This document shows positions 49,593 through 59,742 of a stretch of DNA of 64,000 nucleotides, piece after piece. The DNA lies in contig CAZKJG010000011.1 of NCBI GenBank assembly GCA_964553045.1, forward strand, positions 4,644 to 68,643. The letters are read 5' to 3'. Under the pieces are notes generated by a model. That model had not been told where the DNA came from, did no database searches, and saw nothing but the letters and a program-made list of their open reading frames with translations. How positions within the stretch are numbered: position 1 is the stretch's first letter; the number at the start of each line of letters is the position of its first letter. Both the position numbers and the translations under genes were made by a program. The stretch is from an uncultured bacterium. GTDB taxonomy: Bacteria > Fermentibacterota > Fermentibacteria > Fermentibacterales > JCC-6.

Positions 49593-50126
49593 TCACTTCC
49601 TCCACCGGCCGTCCGCCGGCCATCCGCGCCCACCTGCGGGGCCCAGGTCCGGAAGGCGTCGGATTATGTCCCTGGCCGTCCGAAGCTGCTCTTCGCTGAG
49701 CATCTCGTGGATCTCTCCCATAGCATCGGTGACCAGTCCCAGGGCGCCCTGCTGGAACCACTGCCGGTCCCATATGGCCATCTCCACCGAAGACGTCATG
49801 TACATGTCGTCCACAAAAGCCTCGAATACGGCCCTTCGCGTCCCGCCCAGGTCGTAGTCCTCCCTCAGCTCGTCGAGGCCGTCCTGCACCCGCTCGCTGA
49901 TGCTGTTCAGACTGCGGTGCTGCGAGGACGTCAGATCCAGTCTGTCGAGAAGCATGTGGAATCCGCGGAGCTCGGGCATGACGGACTCCCAGTCCCTGAT
50001 GCGCTCCATCCACTCATGCTGGTAGGGGGGCATATCGGGCCGCCCTCCCCCATCCCCGTAGAAATGGCCTCCAGCCGTGGCAGCCGCCGTGAAGGCCAAC
50101 AGCGCGATACAGCAAATCCGCGACAT
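49593..50126 (-). CDS. periplasmic CpxP/Spy-like (LTXXQ-motif) protein
   Basis: Signal peptide MSRICCIALLAFTAAATA. Two LTxxQ-type motifs (LTSSQHRSL, LSEEQLRTA). Helical. Confidence 0.45.
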   Translation of the reverse strand: MSRICCIALLAFTAAATAGGHFYGDGGGRPDMPPYQHEWMERIRDWESVMPELRGFHMLLDRLDLTSSQHRSLNSISERVQDGLDELREDYDLGGTRRAVFEAFVDDMYMTSSVEMAIWDRQWFQQGALGLVTDAMGEIHEMLSEEQLRTARDIIRRLPDLGPAGGRGWPADGRWRK

Positions 50127-50395
50127 GGGCAACCCCTTTCCCGAAGCTGCGTCGTGTTTCGGGCGGACACACCCGCCCCTAACGTGCGGTTGGAAATACC
50201 TGCCCGTGCGGCGATGGTTCCAGCCCGGTCGTGACGGGCGCTGCATCCAGCGAATGCGGTATTGCCACAGGCATCTCTTCCGCATGCGTTGCGAGGCATT
50301 CAGACAGGAGCAGGCGTCTGTCTGCGTAAATCAATTCGAGCCATGATCCGAGTCTCGACCGTAGGCGCCGGTCCACGAGGGGCGCACGTTTCCGC

Positions 50396-52525
50396 TCACT
50401 CCCCCTGTGAACCATCCAGCTTCAACGAGATCCTTCCCCTCTCCAGGTCCACAGAGAGGACGGTAACCCGCACGCGATCGCCCGCAGCTGCGTATTCGGA
50501 AGGGTCCCTGACGTACTCGTCCGCCATCTTGCTTATGTGCACCAGGCCGTCGTTCTTCACGCCCACGTTCACGAAGGCGCCGAAGGCCGTTACGTTTGTG
50601 ACTACGCCGGGAAGCGACATTCCCTCCCGGAGGTCCTCTATGGAGTGGACGTCGGCGAAGCGGAACGGCCGGAATCTCTTTCGGGGGTCCCGGCCGGGCT
50701 TCTCCAGCTCGGACATTATGTCCCGCAGGGTGGGGAGACCCGTCTTGCCGTCCGTATAGTTTTCCAGCCGCAGGCGTTTCCTCAGCTCGGGCCGGTCCAT
50801 GAGATCCCCCACCGCGCAGCCCAGACTCCCGGCCATCCTTCGGACGACGCCGTAGCTCTCCGGATGGACGGCACTGGCGTCCAGAGGCTCAGGGCCGCTT
50901 CGAATCCGAAGGAACCCGGCGCACTGCTGAAAAGCCTTGGGCCCCATTCCCCTGACATCCATGAGGTCGTTTCTGGTCTCGAATGCGCCTTCACGGGCCT
51001 GGTGCTCTACGATACGGCGGGCCAGAGACGGCCCCAGGCCGGAGACGTACGAGAGCAGATGGGGGCTGGCCGTGTTCACCGTGACGCCCACACTGTTCAC
51101 GCAGCTCTGAATAACATCGTCCAGGCGGCGCTTGAGCAGCTTCTGATCCACGTCGTGCTGGTACTGCCCGACACCGATCGCTCTCGGCTCAAGCTTGACC
51201 AGCTCCGCCAGGGGATCCTGCAGCCTGCGGCCGATGGAGACCGCCCCCCTGACAGTTACGTCCTGGTCGGGAAGCTCCGCCCTGGCCACCTCGGAGGCGG
51301 AGTACACGGAAGCCCCGCTCTCGCTTACCGTGGCGAGGGAGGCTCCCCTTAGGTCGATGGAGGCCAGGAATGACTCGGTCTGCCTTCCGGCCGTCCCATC
51401 CCCCACCGCGATCACCTGCGGGCAATGGGCGTCCAACAGGCGCCCCAGTGTCCTCTCGGCCGACCTGCGTCCCCCCGGGCCCTTGAAAGGGTATATGGCA
51501 GCCGCCTCCAGAAGGTTGCCCCCTCCATCCAGACATACCACCTTGCAGCCTGTCCTGTACCCCGGATCGATGGCCATCACCGGCCGGCGCCCCAGGGGAG
51601 GAGCAAGCAGAAGGCTTCTAAGGTTGGAAGCGAACACGTCAACCGCTTTGGCGTCCGCCCTCCGCTTGGTGACCGACCTGACCTCGGTCTCCATTGACGG
51701 GGCAAGCAGTCGCGACCAGCCGTCTGTCAGCGCCGACTCGACCTGCTCGGCGTCGGCGCCCTCCCCTTTCAGAAACTCCCGTCTCAGTATCGACAGCGCC
51801 CCCAGCTCCGGCACCTCCAGGGACAGGTTGAGCACCTGCTCCCTCTCGCCCCTTCTCATGGCGAGCACCCGGTGCGAGGGCGCCTTCGCCACCGGCTCGC
51901 TGTAGTCGAAGTAGTCGCGGAAGCGCGCTCCCTCCCCCTCCTTTCCCGGGATGACCCGGCAGCGGAAGATGCCCCGCTCCATGCACAGGCGCCTCATCCT
52001 GCTGCGAACGGCCGGACTGTCCGAGGCCATCTCGGCTATTATGTCACGCGCGCCCTGCAGCGCCTCCCGCGTGTCCGCCACTCCCTTCTTCGGATTTACG
52101 TAGGAGGCCGCCGAAGAGACGCCGCGGTGTCCCTCCTGGCGCAGCAGGGCCTCGGCCAGAGGCTCCAGGCCCCTTTCCCTGGCCATGGCGGCCCGGGTCC
52201 TCCTCCGGGGACGGTATGGTCGGTAGACGTCCTCCAGGCGGGCCATGCTGTCCGCCTGCGCCACCTCCCGCTCCAAATCGCGGGAGAGGAGGTCGCGCTC
52301 ACGGAGTGACTCCAGTATGGAGTCCCTTCGGGAGTCCAGCTGCCGCATTCTGCCGACCATGTCGCGAACGGCCGCTATCGCCACCTCGTCCAGTCCACCC
52401 GTACGCTCCTTGCGGTACCTGGCGATGAAGGGGACAGTTGCGCCGTTTTCCAGGAGCCGGAGAGCGGCCCTGACCTGACCTGGTCTGCGTTCTATCCGCC
52501 GGGCTATGGCCACCGGGTAATCCAT
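50396..52525 (-). CDS. tex: transcription accessory protein Tex (YqgF/HhH/S1 domains)
   Basis: N-terminal ...GATVPFIARYRKE. YqgF-like RNase H fold. HhH motifs. C-terminal S1 domain (GMSLPGVVTNVTAFGAFVNVG). Confidence 0.85.
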   Translation of the reverse strand: MDYPVAIARRIERRPGQVRAALRLLENGATVPFIARYRKERTGGLDEVAIAAVRDMVGRMRQLDSRRDSILESLRERDLLSRDLEREVAQADSMARLEDVYRPYRPRRRTRAAMARERGLEPLAEALLRQEGHRGVSSAASYVNPKKGVADTREALQGARDIIAEMASDSPAVRSRMRRLCMERGIFRCRVIPGKEGEGARFRDYFDYSEPVAKAPSHRVLAMRRGEREQVLNLSLEVPELGALSILRREFLKGEGADAEQVESALTDGWSRLLAPSMETEVRSVTKRRADAKAVDVFASNLRSLLLAPPLGRRPVMAIDPGYRTGCKVVCLDGGGNLLEAAAIYPFKGPGGRRSAERTLGRLLDAHCPQVIAVGDGTAGRQTESFLASIDLRGASLATVSESGASVYSASEVARAELPDQDVTVRGAVSIGRRLQDPLAELVKLEPRAIGVGQYQHDVDQKLLKRRLDDVIQSCVNSVGVTVNTASPHLLSYVSGLGPSLARRIVEHQAREGAFETRNDLMDVRGMGPKAFQQCAGFLRIRSGPEPLDASAVHPESYGVVRRMAGSLGCAVGDLMDRPELRKRLRLENYTDGKTGLPTLRDIMSELEKPGRDPRKRFRPFRFADVHSIEDLREGMSLPGVVTNVTAFGAFVNVGVKNDGLVHISKMADEYVRDPSEYAAAGDRVRVTVLSVDLERGRISLKLDGSQGE

Positions 52526-52761
52526 ACGCCTTGCGCTCCATTCCTCGGGGAAGACGGGTGCCGGAATCGAAGAGCGAAGATAAGACCCGTGGGCAGGAGC
52601 ATCCAGCCCGTCGCCGGCCCTTCGCTTGAGACACGGGGGAGTTTGTACTAGAATACCTCTGCCGGCCAAAGACATACGAAAGGCATACAACAGCCGCTTC
52701 GGCCAAACCGGGGCGGTGTTTTACCATCGCCCCCCAGCGGGGGCAGCGGGAGGCAAATGTC

Positions 52762-54840
52762 ATGCAGCGGGAGTTTCCGCTTGAGAAGGTACGCAACATA
52801 GGCTTCATGGCCCATATCGACGCGGGCAAGACCACAACCACAGAGAGAATCCTCTACTACACGGGCAAGTCACACCGCATGGGCGAGGTCCACGACGGCC
52901 AGGCCATCATGGACTGGATGGACCAGGAGCAGGAGCGGGGCATAACCATCACCAGCGCCGCCACGACAACCACCTGGAAAGGCCACCAGATCAACATAAT
53001 AGACACTCCGGGCCACGTTGACTTCACGGTGGAGGTGGAGCGGAGCCTGCGGGTCCTCGACGGCGTGATCGCCCTGTTCTGCGCCGTGGGTGGAGTGGAG
53101 CCCCAGTCGGAGACCGTATGGAGGCAGGCGGAGAAGTACTCGGTTCCCAGGATCGCCTTCGTCAACAAGATGGACCGCATGGGGGCGGACTTCTACGGAG
53201 TGGTGCGGTCCATGCAGAAAACCCTCGGCAGCAACGCGGTTCCGGTTACCATTCCCATAGGCAAGGAGGACTCCTTCCGGGGCATCGTGGACCTGGTGGA
53301 CAACGTGGCCGTCTACTATGAGGACAACGACCGGGGCATGACCTGGCGGGAGGAGCCGATCCCCGAGGAGATGACCGAAGAGGTGGGCAAGTGGCGAGAG
53401 AAGCTCTTCGAGAGGGTCAGCGAGGTGGACGAGCGCCTGTTCGCCAAGTACTGCGAGGGCGAGGATATCTCCAACCATGAGCTGAGCTCCGCCATCCGCA
53501 AGGCCTGTCACCGTCACCTGCTGCTTCCGGTGATGTGCGGAAGCGCCTACAAGAATCGAGGCGTACAGAGGCTGCTCGACGCAGTGGTGGCATACCTGCC
53601 CAGCCCCCAGGACCTTCCACCCATCAGCGGAAGGTGCCTCGAGGGGGGGCGTGAGGAGAGGGTGCCCAAGGACGAGGGCAGGCTGTCGGCCCTGGCCTTC
53701 AAGGTGGTATCTGACCGCCATATTGGGAAGCTGATCTACGTCCGGGTCTACTCGGGACGCCTGCAGGCCGGCAGCTACGTCTACAACTCCACACAGCAGA
53801 AGGTTCAGCGTGTGGGCCGGATACTTCGAATGCACGCCGAGAAGCAGGAGCCGGTGGATACACTCTTCACCGGCGAGATCGGAGCGGTAGTGGGCCTGAG
53901 CGACACGGCCACCGGCGATACCATCTGTTCTCGAGAGGACCCTATTGTTCTGGAAGCCATAGAGTTTCCCTCCCCCGTGCTCAGCGTTGCGGTGAAGACC
54001 CCCAACAGATCCGAGCGCGAGAAGCTGGGGATGGCCCTGAACCGGCTGGCCGAGGAGGACCCTACCTTCACGGTGGGCACCGACCCCGAGACCTCCGAGA
54101 CCATCATCTCGGGCATGGGTGAGCTGCACCTGGAGATCATACTCGAGAGGCTCAGGCGCGAGTTCGGCGTCGAGGCGGAGACATCGACCCCCCAGGTGGC
54201 CTACCGGGAAACTGTGACCACCGGGGTCAGGGTGAACGAGAAGCTGGTGAAGCAGAGCGGAGGCAGGGGGCAGTACGCGCACGTGGTCTTCGAGCTGGAG
54301 CCCCTTCCACCAGGTGGAGGCTTCGAGTTCGAGAACCTGGTGACCGGAGGCAACATACCCAGGGACTACATTCCCGCAGTAGAGCGCGGCTTCATCGATG
54401 CGATGGAGAAGGGGGTCTACGCCGACTGTCCGGTGGTGGACGTCAGGATCAGGCTGCTCGACGGCTCCAGCCACCAGGTGGACTCTTCGGAGATGGCGTT
54501 CCGTACGTGCGCCCGGCAGGCCTTCAGAAAGGCGTTCATGAAGGCCGGGCCGCAGCTTCTGGAACCGGTGATGAGCGTAAACGTGGTGACTCCGCAGGAG
54601 TACGCGGGCAACATCACCGGCAGCATCTACGAAAAGCGGGGGTCCGTGACCGGCATGGACGGCCAGGGCAACGCCAAGGTGATAAAGGCCGTGGTGCCGC
54701 TGGCCAGCATGTTCGGCTACACTTCCCAGCTTCGCAACATGACCCAGGGGCGGGCGGGCTTTACCATGCACTTCGAGCACTACGAGGCGGTTCCCTGGTC
54801 TGTGGCCGAGGAGATACTCAGGGAGAACACGGAGGACTAG
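52762..54840 (+). CDS. fusA: translation elongation factor G
   Basis: G1 [13 protein letters not shown]3 DTPGHVDF, G4 NKMD. Full 692 aa with domains II-V. Confidence 0.9.
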   Translation: MQREFPLEKVRNIGFMAHIDAGKTTTTERILYYTGKSHRMGEVHDGQAIMDWMDQEQERGITITSAATTTTWKGHQINIIDTPGHVDFTVEVERSLRVLDGVIALFCAVGGVEPQSETVWRQAEKYSVPRIAFVNKMDRMGADFYGVVRSMQKTLGSNAVPVTIPIGKEDSFRGIVDLVDNVAVYYEDNDRGMTWREEPIPEEMTEEVGKWREKLFERVSEVDERLFAKYCEGEDISNHELSSAIRKACHRHLLLPVMCGSAYKNRGVQRLLDAVVAYLPSPQDLPPISGRCLEGGREERVPKDEGRLSALAFKVVSDRHIGKLIYVRVYSGRLQAGSYVYNSTQQKVQRVGRILRMHAEKQEPVDTLFTGEIGAVVGLSDTATGDTICSREDPIVLEAIEFPSPVLSVAVKTPNRSEREKLGMALNRLAEEDPTFTVGTDPETSETIISGMGELHLEIILERLRREFGVEAETSTPQVAYRETVTTGVRVNEKLVKQSGGRGQYAHVVFELEPLPPGGGFEFENLVTGGNIPRDYIPAVERGFIDAMEKGVYADCPVVDVRIRLLDGSSHQVDSSEMAFRTCARQAFRKAFMKAGPQLLEPVMSVNVVTPQEYAGNITGSIYEKRGSVTGMDGQGNAKVIKAVVPLASMFGYTSQLRNMTQGRAGFTMHFEHYEAVPWSVAEEILRENTED

Positions 54841-55436
54841 AGAACCAGAGCGACCAGCTCCCGCTTCAGCGCCTGCAGCGCTCTCCGTCTGTGGCTCACA
54901 CGGTTCTTTTCCTCCTGCGAGCACTCGGCGAAGGTCAGACCCAGCTCGTCCGAACCGAAGACCGGGTCGTAGCCGAAACCGCCGCCTCCCTTCGGCTGCT
55001 CGGTTATTCGGCCGCTTGCGCTGCCATGAACACAGACTTCGCTTCCATTCGGCAGTACAAGGGCGGCGGCGGTGACGAAAACGGCCCCTCTGCGGTCGCC
55101 GGTCTCACCCATGAGGACGCGCAGGAGCTTTCGAACGTTATCGTCGTAGCTGCAGGCTTCGCCCGCGTAGCGGGCGCTGTAGACGCCGGGAGCGCCTCCC
55201 AGGGCCTCCACGTGCAGGCCGGTGTCATCGGCGGCGGCGGGCAGTCCGGAGGCGGCTGCGGCGGCGCGGGCCTTGAGGAGGGCGTTCTCTTCCAGAGTGC
55301 AGCCGGTCTCCTCCACTGCCCAGCCGGGACTGAGTGAACCGATCGGCATGACATCCAGGCCCGTTCCCGCCAGCATATCCGATATCTCGCGCAGCTTGTC
55401 GGGATTGGCCGTGGCTATGACCAGCCTGCCGCTCAC
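54837..55436 (-). CDS. rdgB: dITP/XTP pyrophosphatase (Ham1/RdgB family)
   Basis: GTG start overlapping the rph stop (GTGA). N-terminal [21 protein letters not shown] motif. Confidence 0.75.
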   Translation of the reverse strand: MSGRLVIATANPDKLREISDMLAGTGLDVMPIGSLSPGWAVEETGCTLEENALLKARAAAAASGLPAAADDTGLHVEALGGAPGVYSARYAGEACSYDDNVRKLLRVLMGETGDRRGAVFVTAAALVLPNGSEVCVHGSASGRITEQPKGGGGFGYDPVFGSDELGLTFAECSQEEKNRVSHRRRALQALKRELVALVL

Positions 55437-56155
55437 TCCCCTACGGCCTCCTTCTGGACCGGAACGACTTCGTCGACTATGGCGGCAACGGCTTCCTGCA
55501 TCATTCCCGCCGCCGCGGCTGGAGGAATGGCCTGCTTCTCCGCAGATGCCTGCACCTCCACCAGTCCGCCGTCCTCCATGGCGACCACGTTCATGTCCAT
55601 GGTGGCCGAAGAGTCCTCCTCGTAGCATAGGTCCATCAGGTTTTCTCCGCCGCAGATTCCAAGGCTCACAGCGCCCACGAATCCCACGAAGGGGTCGATC
55701 TCCAGCTTCTTCTCCAGCAGCAGTCTCTTCAGAGCCAGCCTCAGGGCCACGGCGCCCCCGGTTATGGAGGCCACTCGCGTACCCCCGTCGGCGACCAGAA
55801 CGTCGCAGTCCACAGTGATGGTCCTCTGCCCCAGGCGGTCCAGGTTTATCGCCTGACGAAGGCTTCGGCCGATGAGCCTCTGGATCTCCTGGCTTCGGCC
55901 CTTGATCCACCCACCGCGGTCCCGACGAACCCTGCGGTTTCCGCTTCCGGGCAACATGTCGTACTCCGCGGTCACCCAGCCGCTTCCCTTGCCCATCAGG
56001 AACCGGGGCACCCTGTCCTCCACAGCGGCGGAGCATATCACCCTGGTATCGCCCCAGCCGATCAGGGCGCTGCCGGCTGGAAGCGGCTGGTAACCTGTCT
56101 CTATCTCTATCTTCCTGAGCTCATCTTGCTCTCTGCCGTCAACGCGCATTCTCAC
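55433..56155 (-). CDS. rph: ribonuclease PH
   Basis: Close match to the RNase PH core (GDTRVICSA...PRFL.GKG.GW.TAEY.MLP; [14 protein letters not shown]). Confidence 0.85.
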   Translation of the reverse strand: MRMRVDGREQDELRKIEIETGYQPLPAGSALIGWGDTRVICSAAVEDRVPRFLMGKGSGWVTAEYDMLPGSGNRRVRRDRGGWIKGRSQEIQRLIGRSLRQAINLDRLGQRTITVDCDVLVADGGTRVASITGGAVALRLALKRLLLEKKLEIDPFVGFVGAVSLGICGGENLMDLCYEEDSSATMDMNVVAMEDGGLVEVQASAEKQAIPPAAAAGMMQEAVAAIVDEVVPVQKEAVGE

Positions 56156-56207
56156 TCCAATGCAGTTTCGTTCGAATTACGATCCCGGTCTTCGAAAAGG
56201 GCCGGGG

Positions 56208-57053
56208 TCAGAGCTCCCCGACCTCCACCTGGGTAACCAGCGGGATGGTCCTGCCGAGGAAACGCTGGGCTATCTCCTGGAATTTCAGCGGAATGTCGCT
56301 GACGTAGAAGCCTCCCCCGGCACTCCCGCCCTTCGAGAGTAGATCGCGGTCCCCCAGTCCTTCCCTCACTTCGCGCGCCGTGGCCTCGGCGGAGTCCACC
56401 AGGGTCACGCCCGGGCCCATGACCTCGCCCAGGAGAGGCTTGAGGAGGGGGTAGTGGGTACAGCCCAGCACCAGCGTGTCCACACCCTCCCTCAGAAGCG
56501 GGGCGGCATACCTCTGAACTACCATCCGGGTGATCTCACCCTCCAGCCAGCCCTCCTCCACCAGCGGGACGAGAAGGGGACACGGCTGGGCAACAACGCT
56601 TCTCACACCGGAGCCGGGGAATCTCAGGGCCTTCTGGTATGCTCCGCTTCCGATCGTTCCCAGGGTGCCTATGACGCCCACCGAGCCATTTCGCGTGGCC
56701 TCGGCGGCGGCCCTGGCTCCCGGTTCTATTACTCCGGTGACGGGAACGCTGACCCTCTCCCTGAGTGCGCTCAGGCTGACCGAGGAAGCGGTGTTGCAGG
56801 CTACAACGATCATCTTCACCTGCTTGGAGGCCAGGAATGCGGCGTCCTCCAGGGCGAAGCGTATCACGGTCTCCGGCGACTTGGATCCGTAGGGCAGCCT
56901 GGCGGTGTCTCCGAAGTATATGACGCTCTCGCCGGGCATGAGCCTCTCTATGGCCCGGACTACCGTGAGTCCGCCGACTCCGGAGTCGAATATGCCAATG
57001 GGGCTGTCACTGCGGGGCAGGTAGCTTTCTCCGGCCTCGAGGTCAGCGTACAC
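56208..57053 (-). CDS. murI: glutamate racemase
   Basis: IGIFDSGVGGLTV and VVACNTAS...GCTHYP catalytic Cys motifs. Confidence 0.8.
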   Translation of the reverse strand: MYADLEAGESYLPRSDSPIGIFDSGVGGLTVVRAIERLMPGESVIYFGDTARLPYGSKSPETVIRFALEDAAFLASKQVKMIVVACNTASSVSLSALRERVSVPVTGVIEPGARAAAEATRNGSVGVIGTLGTIGSGAYQKALRFPGSGVRSVVAQPCPLLVPLVEEGWLEGEITRMVVQRYAAPLLREGVDTLVLGCTHYPLLKPLLGEVMGPGVTLVDSAEATAREVREGLGDRDLLSKGGSAGGGFYVSDIPLKFQEIAQRFLGRTIPLVTQVEVGEL

Positions 57054-57648
57054 CGTCGGCCACCCCCCGCATCCGCAGGCCCGACGGGTAACGTTCCCAC
57101 TGTGCGCCTCCCACGATGGGAAACAGCCTTGTGAAGCAGACGAACCGCCCCTCCAGCGTCCTGGCCAGTCCGTCCATGTCCATCCTTACCGGAAGGTCCA
57201 CGAATACGGTATCATGGCTGCTGAAGGCGTAGACGCGTTCCAACTCCTCGCTCTCCAGTCCGGCGCGTGCGGCCCAGGCTTCCGTCACCAGCTGAAGCTC
57301 CAGCGGTATATCCTTCCGCGACGGCGCCTCCGGAAGCGTATCCATCACAGGCGAGGATGCGGAATCGACGTATATCGAGCATGGAGTGGTCTCCCATGAT
57401 GCTTCCGCCAGCTGATCCTCCGGCTCGGGCAGGGAATCCTCAGGAAACACCCGAATCTCCACGCCGTCAACATGGTCCGGCTGTTCTTCGCCGCCCCGCA
57501 GATCCAGGTCCTCGGTGCGGTCGGCCGGCTCAACACCCAGCTTGCGGTTCACGTACGCCATTCCCGCCCACATGGCCACAGCCACCAGGACGATGATGAC
57601 GGCCACGGCCGCCAGCTCCAGAAGCAGCCTCCTTACGTCCTCCATCAC
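57043..57648 (-). CDS. hypothetical membrane-anchored protein
   Basis: Single N-terminal TM (LAAVAVIIVLVAVAMWAGMAYV), then an acidic soluble domain. No family identified. Confidence 0.35.
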   Translation of the reverse strand: MMEDVRRLLLELAAVAVIIVLVAVAMWAGMAYVNRKLGVEPADRTEDLDLRGGEEQPDHVDGVEIRVFPEDSLPEPEDQLAEASWETTPCSIYVDSASSPVMDTLPEAPSRKDIPLELQLVTEAWAARAGLESEELERVYAFSSHDTVFVDLPVRMDMDGLARTLEGRFVCFTRLFPIVGGAQWERYPSGLRMRGVADGVR

Positions 57649-58844
57649 CTTTCCGCCCCCCGGGCTGCGAGGTCCGTACCGGAGAAGTCCATAATGGCTG
57701 CTACAATAGCCTCCGCGGACTGGTAACGGAAGTCCAGCTGCCGCAGAAGCCGCTCCTCGTCCCGGTTGGAGATGAAGGCCAGCTCCACCAGCACAGACGG
57801 CATGAAAGCGCCCCGCAGCACGTAGAAGCCCGCCTGCTTGACGCCCCGGTCCGGCTGGCCGGTCCCCATGCCCGCCAGCCTGCGCTGAATGGCCCCCGCC
57901 AGCTCGCTGCTCTGGTTCAGGTAGAGTCTCTGCGCTATGTCGGCCAGCAGGAAGGAAAGGGGATCCTCCGGTGACTCCGGCCTCTCCTCGTCGTACATTG
58001 CGGCCCGGTTCTCCAGGGCCGCGACCGCCCGGGCGTCATCCGTTCTCGCCCGGGAAAGGAAATAGGTTTCGATCCCCCGAGCGGAGCGGTTGGTGGAAGC
58101 GTTGCAGTGTATGCTGACGAAGAGATCGGCCCTCTCCCTGTTGGCGATTCTGGTCCTCTCACCCAGCGACACGTAGCTGTCATCCTCACGAGTCAATACG
58201 ACACGAAGATCGGGACATCTTATCTTTAGAAGGTCCCTTACCAGCAGAGCGATTTCCAGCGTCCGGTCCTTCTCGTAACTTCCCGAGTACCCCACCGCCC
58301 CGGGATCGCGGCCACCGTGCCCGGGATCGAGAACGACGCAGTCGAACTCCTCCAGCCAGGGCGATGTCTGTCCGCTCTCGAAAGAGGCGTAGACGATCGA
58401 GTCGGGATAGGAAGCGGCCGCAGATACACTCCCCTCCTCGGGGTCCGGGGGACCTTCCCAGGCCAGGTCGGGAAGCTCCACCCGCTCGGCCGATCTCATG
58501 AATACCAGCATGACGGTGCTGTCGGGTCTCATGGCGTACTCCAGCGTGGCCAGGCTGCTGTCCATCTGCACTCGAAGCACCGTGGAATCATCGGACAGCT
58601 CGATGGGGCCGGTCCAGAATGTGGAATCGTAGGCAGGGGCTTCCATGGGTAGGCCGGACCTCAGCTCGAGCCGGTAGCCGTCAACGGACACCTCCGGCGA
58701 CAGAGGGACTGTGTCACATCGGAGCTCCAGGAGCAGGCCGTCCATTCTGGGCATGACGCGGACCGAGAGCGGAGACGAGGAAACCGCGACCGCAAGAAGG
58801 ATTGCAGCCGGAAGAACGAGTGCTCTATCCCTGCCGCTGCTCAT
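57645..58844 (-). CDS. N-acetylmuramoyl-L-alanine amidase (Amidase_3, AmiC-like) with N-terminal targeting domain
   Basis: Signal peptide. Catalytic block VLDPGHGGRDPGA...FVSIHCNAS...LVELAFISN. Confidence 0.8.
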   Translation of the reverse strand: MSSGRDRALVLPAAILLAVAVSSSPLSVRVMPRMDGLLLELRCDTVPLSPEVSVDGYRLELRSGLPMEAPAYDSTFWTGPIELSDDSTVLRVQMDSSLATLEYAMRPDSTVMLVFMRSAERVELPDLAWEGPPDPEEGSVSAAASYPDSIVYASFESGQTSPWLEEFDCVVLDPGHGGRDPGAVGYSGSYEKDRTLEIALLVRDLLKIRCPDLRVVLTREDDSYVSLGERTRIANRERADLFVSIHCNASTNRSARGIETYFLSRARTDDARAVAALENRAAMYDEERPESPEDPLSFLLADIAQRLYLNQSSELAGAIQRRLAGMGTGQPDRGVKQAGFYVLRGAFMPSVLVELAFISNRDEERLLRQLDFRYQSAEAIVAAIMDFSGTDLAARGAER

Positions 58845-59286
58845 GCTTCATGGCCGCCCGCATGCGGCGATTCTGTTCGCGCTGCGCGATGTCGCGCCTC
58901 TTGTCGTACTGTCTCTTGCCGCGGCAGAAACCCAGCGCGACCTTTGCCCGGCCCCTGCGCAGGTGCAGGTCGAGGGGAATCAGCGTATAGCCCTTCTCCC
59001 TCACTCTGCGGTGCATCCTCCGTAACTCCGATCGGTGGGCCAGCAGCTTCCTCCGGCGGTCGGGCACATGGTTGTCGCGGGCCATATCGTACTCGGCGAT
59101 GTGCGCTTCGTGCAGCCAGAGCTCTCCCCTGTCGTCGAAGTCGGCGTAGGCGCCCTTGAGGCTCACCCTGCCCTCACGTACGGACTTTATCTCCGAGCCC
59201 ACCAGGACGATGCCCACCTCCAGGGAATCCAGTATGTGGTAGTCGTGCCTGGCCTTTCTGTTGCGGGCAATGACCTTCGTTCCCAT
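58825..59286 (-). CDS. smpB: SsrA-binding protein
   Basis: Conserved IARNRKARHDYHILD...GSEIKS core. Start MGTKVIA at 59286. Confidence 0.85.
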   Translation of the reverse strand: MGTKVIARNRKARHDYHILDSLEVGIVLVGSEIKSVREGRVSLKGAYADFDDRGELWLHEAHIAEYDMARDNHVPDRRRKLLAHRSELRRMHRRVREKGYTLIPLDLHLRRGRAKVALGFCRGKRQYDKRRDIAQREQNRRMRAAMKHEQRQG

Positions 59287-59348
59287 AGACCTCCGTTCCA
59301 CGGAGAATATATCCCTCGAGGCCCCTCTCTCAAATCACCCCCGGGGGA

Positions 59349-59377
59349 TTGACGCCCGGCCCGGCGCTTTCTAGTAT
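59349..59377 (+). promoter_or_regulatory. sigma70-like promoter upstream of tRNA-Leu (TTGACG-17nt-TAGTAT)
   Basis: -35 at 59349-59354 and -10 at 59372-59377, about 11 nt before the tRNA 5' end. Confidence 0.45.
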
Positions 59378-59388
59378 CGCCGGGCAAA

Positions 59389-59476
59389 GCCGAAGTGGCG
59401 GAACTGGCAGACGCGCTGCGTTCAGGGCGCAGTGAGGCTAGTCCTCGTGGGGGTTCGAATCCCCCCTTCGGTACCA
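59389..59476 (+). tRNA. tRNA-Leu (anticodon CAG), long variable arm
   Basis: Acceptor GCCGAAG/CTTCGGT. Anticodon stem CTGCG/CGCAG with loop TTCAGGG. 15-nt variable arm. T-arm GGTTCGAATCC. Encoded CCA. Confidence 0.85.
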
Positions 59477-59700
59477 CGGCCAAAGGGGCTCCAGTGCGTT
59501 GCGCTGGAGCCCCTTTGGCGAGGCAGTTTGCTTTCGCAAACTGCACCGTTGCGCACCCCTGACAAAAAGGCACCCGCGTTGCGCTGGAGCCCCTTTGGCG
59601 AGGCAGTTTGCTTTCGCAAACTGCACCGTTGCGCACCCCTGACAAAAAGGCACCCGCGTTGCGCTGGAGCCCTTTGGCGAGGCAGTTTGCTATGTCGCCA
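59477..59700 (+). repeat. 3.3 tandem copies of an 80-nt structured repeat immediately 3' of tRNA-Leu
   Basis: Unit GCGTTGCGCTGGAGCCCCTTTGGCGAGGCAGTTTGCTTTCGCAAACTGCACCGTTGCGCACCCCTGACAAAAAGGCACCC repeats with period 80 (59496, 59576, degenerate 59656). Each copy holds a perfect 9-bp/tetraloop hairpin GCAGTTTGC-TTTC-GCAAACTGC. The first copy forms a 16-bp hairpin with the tRNA 3' flank. Confidence 0.7.
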
Positions 59701-59742
59701 GCTGAATCTGTAGGGCTGTCGCTCCACCCATTTGAGCCTGTA

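Noticed and set aside
52870-54924. 684-aa minus-strand ORF
   Set aside because: Antisense to fusA. High GC keeps the frame open. No recognisable domain.
59286-59500. tmRNA (ssrA) expected near smpB
   Set aside because: The only structured RNA there is a canonical tRNA-Leu with a long variable arm. No GGGG...tRNA-Ala-like acceptor, no tag reading frame, no tmRNA 3' T-arm.
59496-59700. Possible CRISPR array
   Set aside because: The repeats are 80 nt and directly tandem with no unique spacers. No cas genes in the window.
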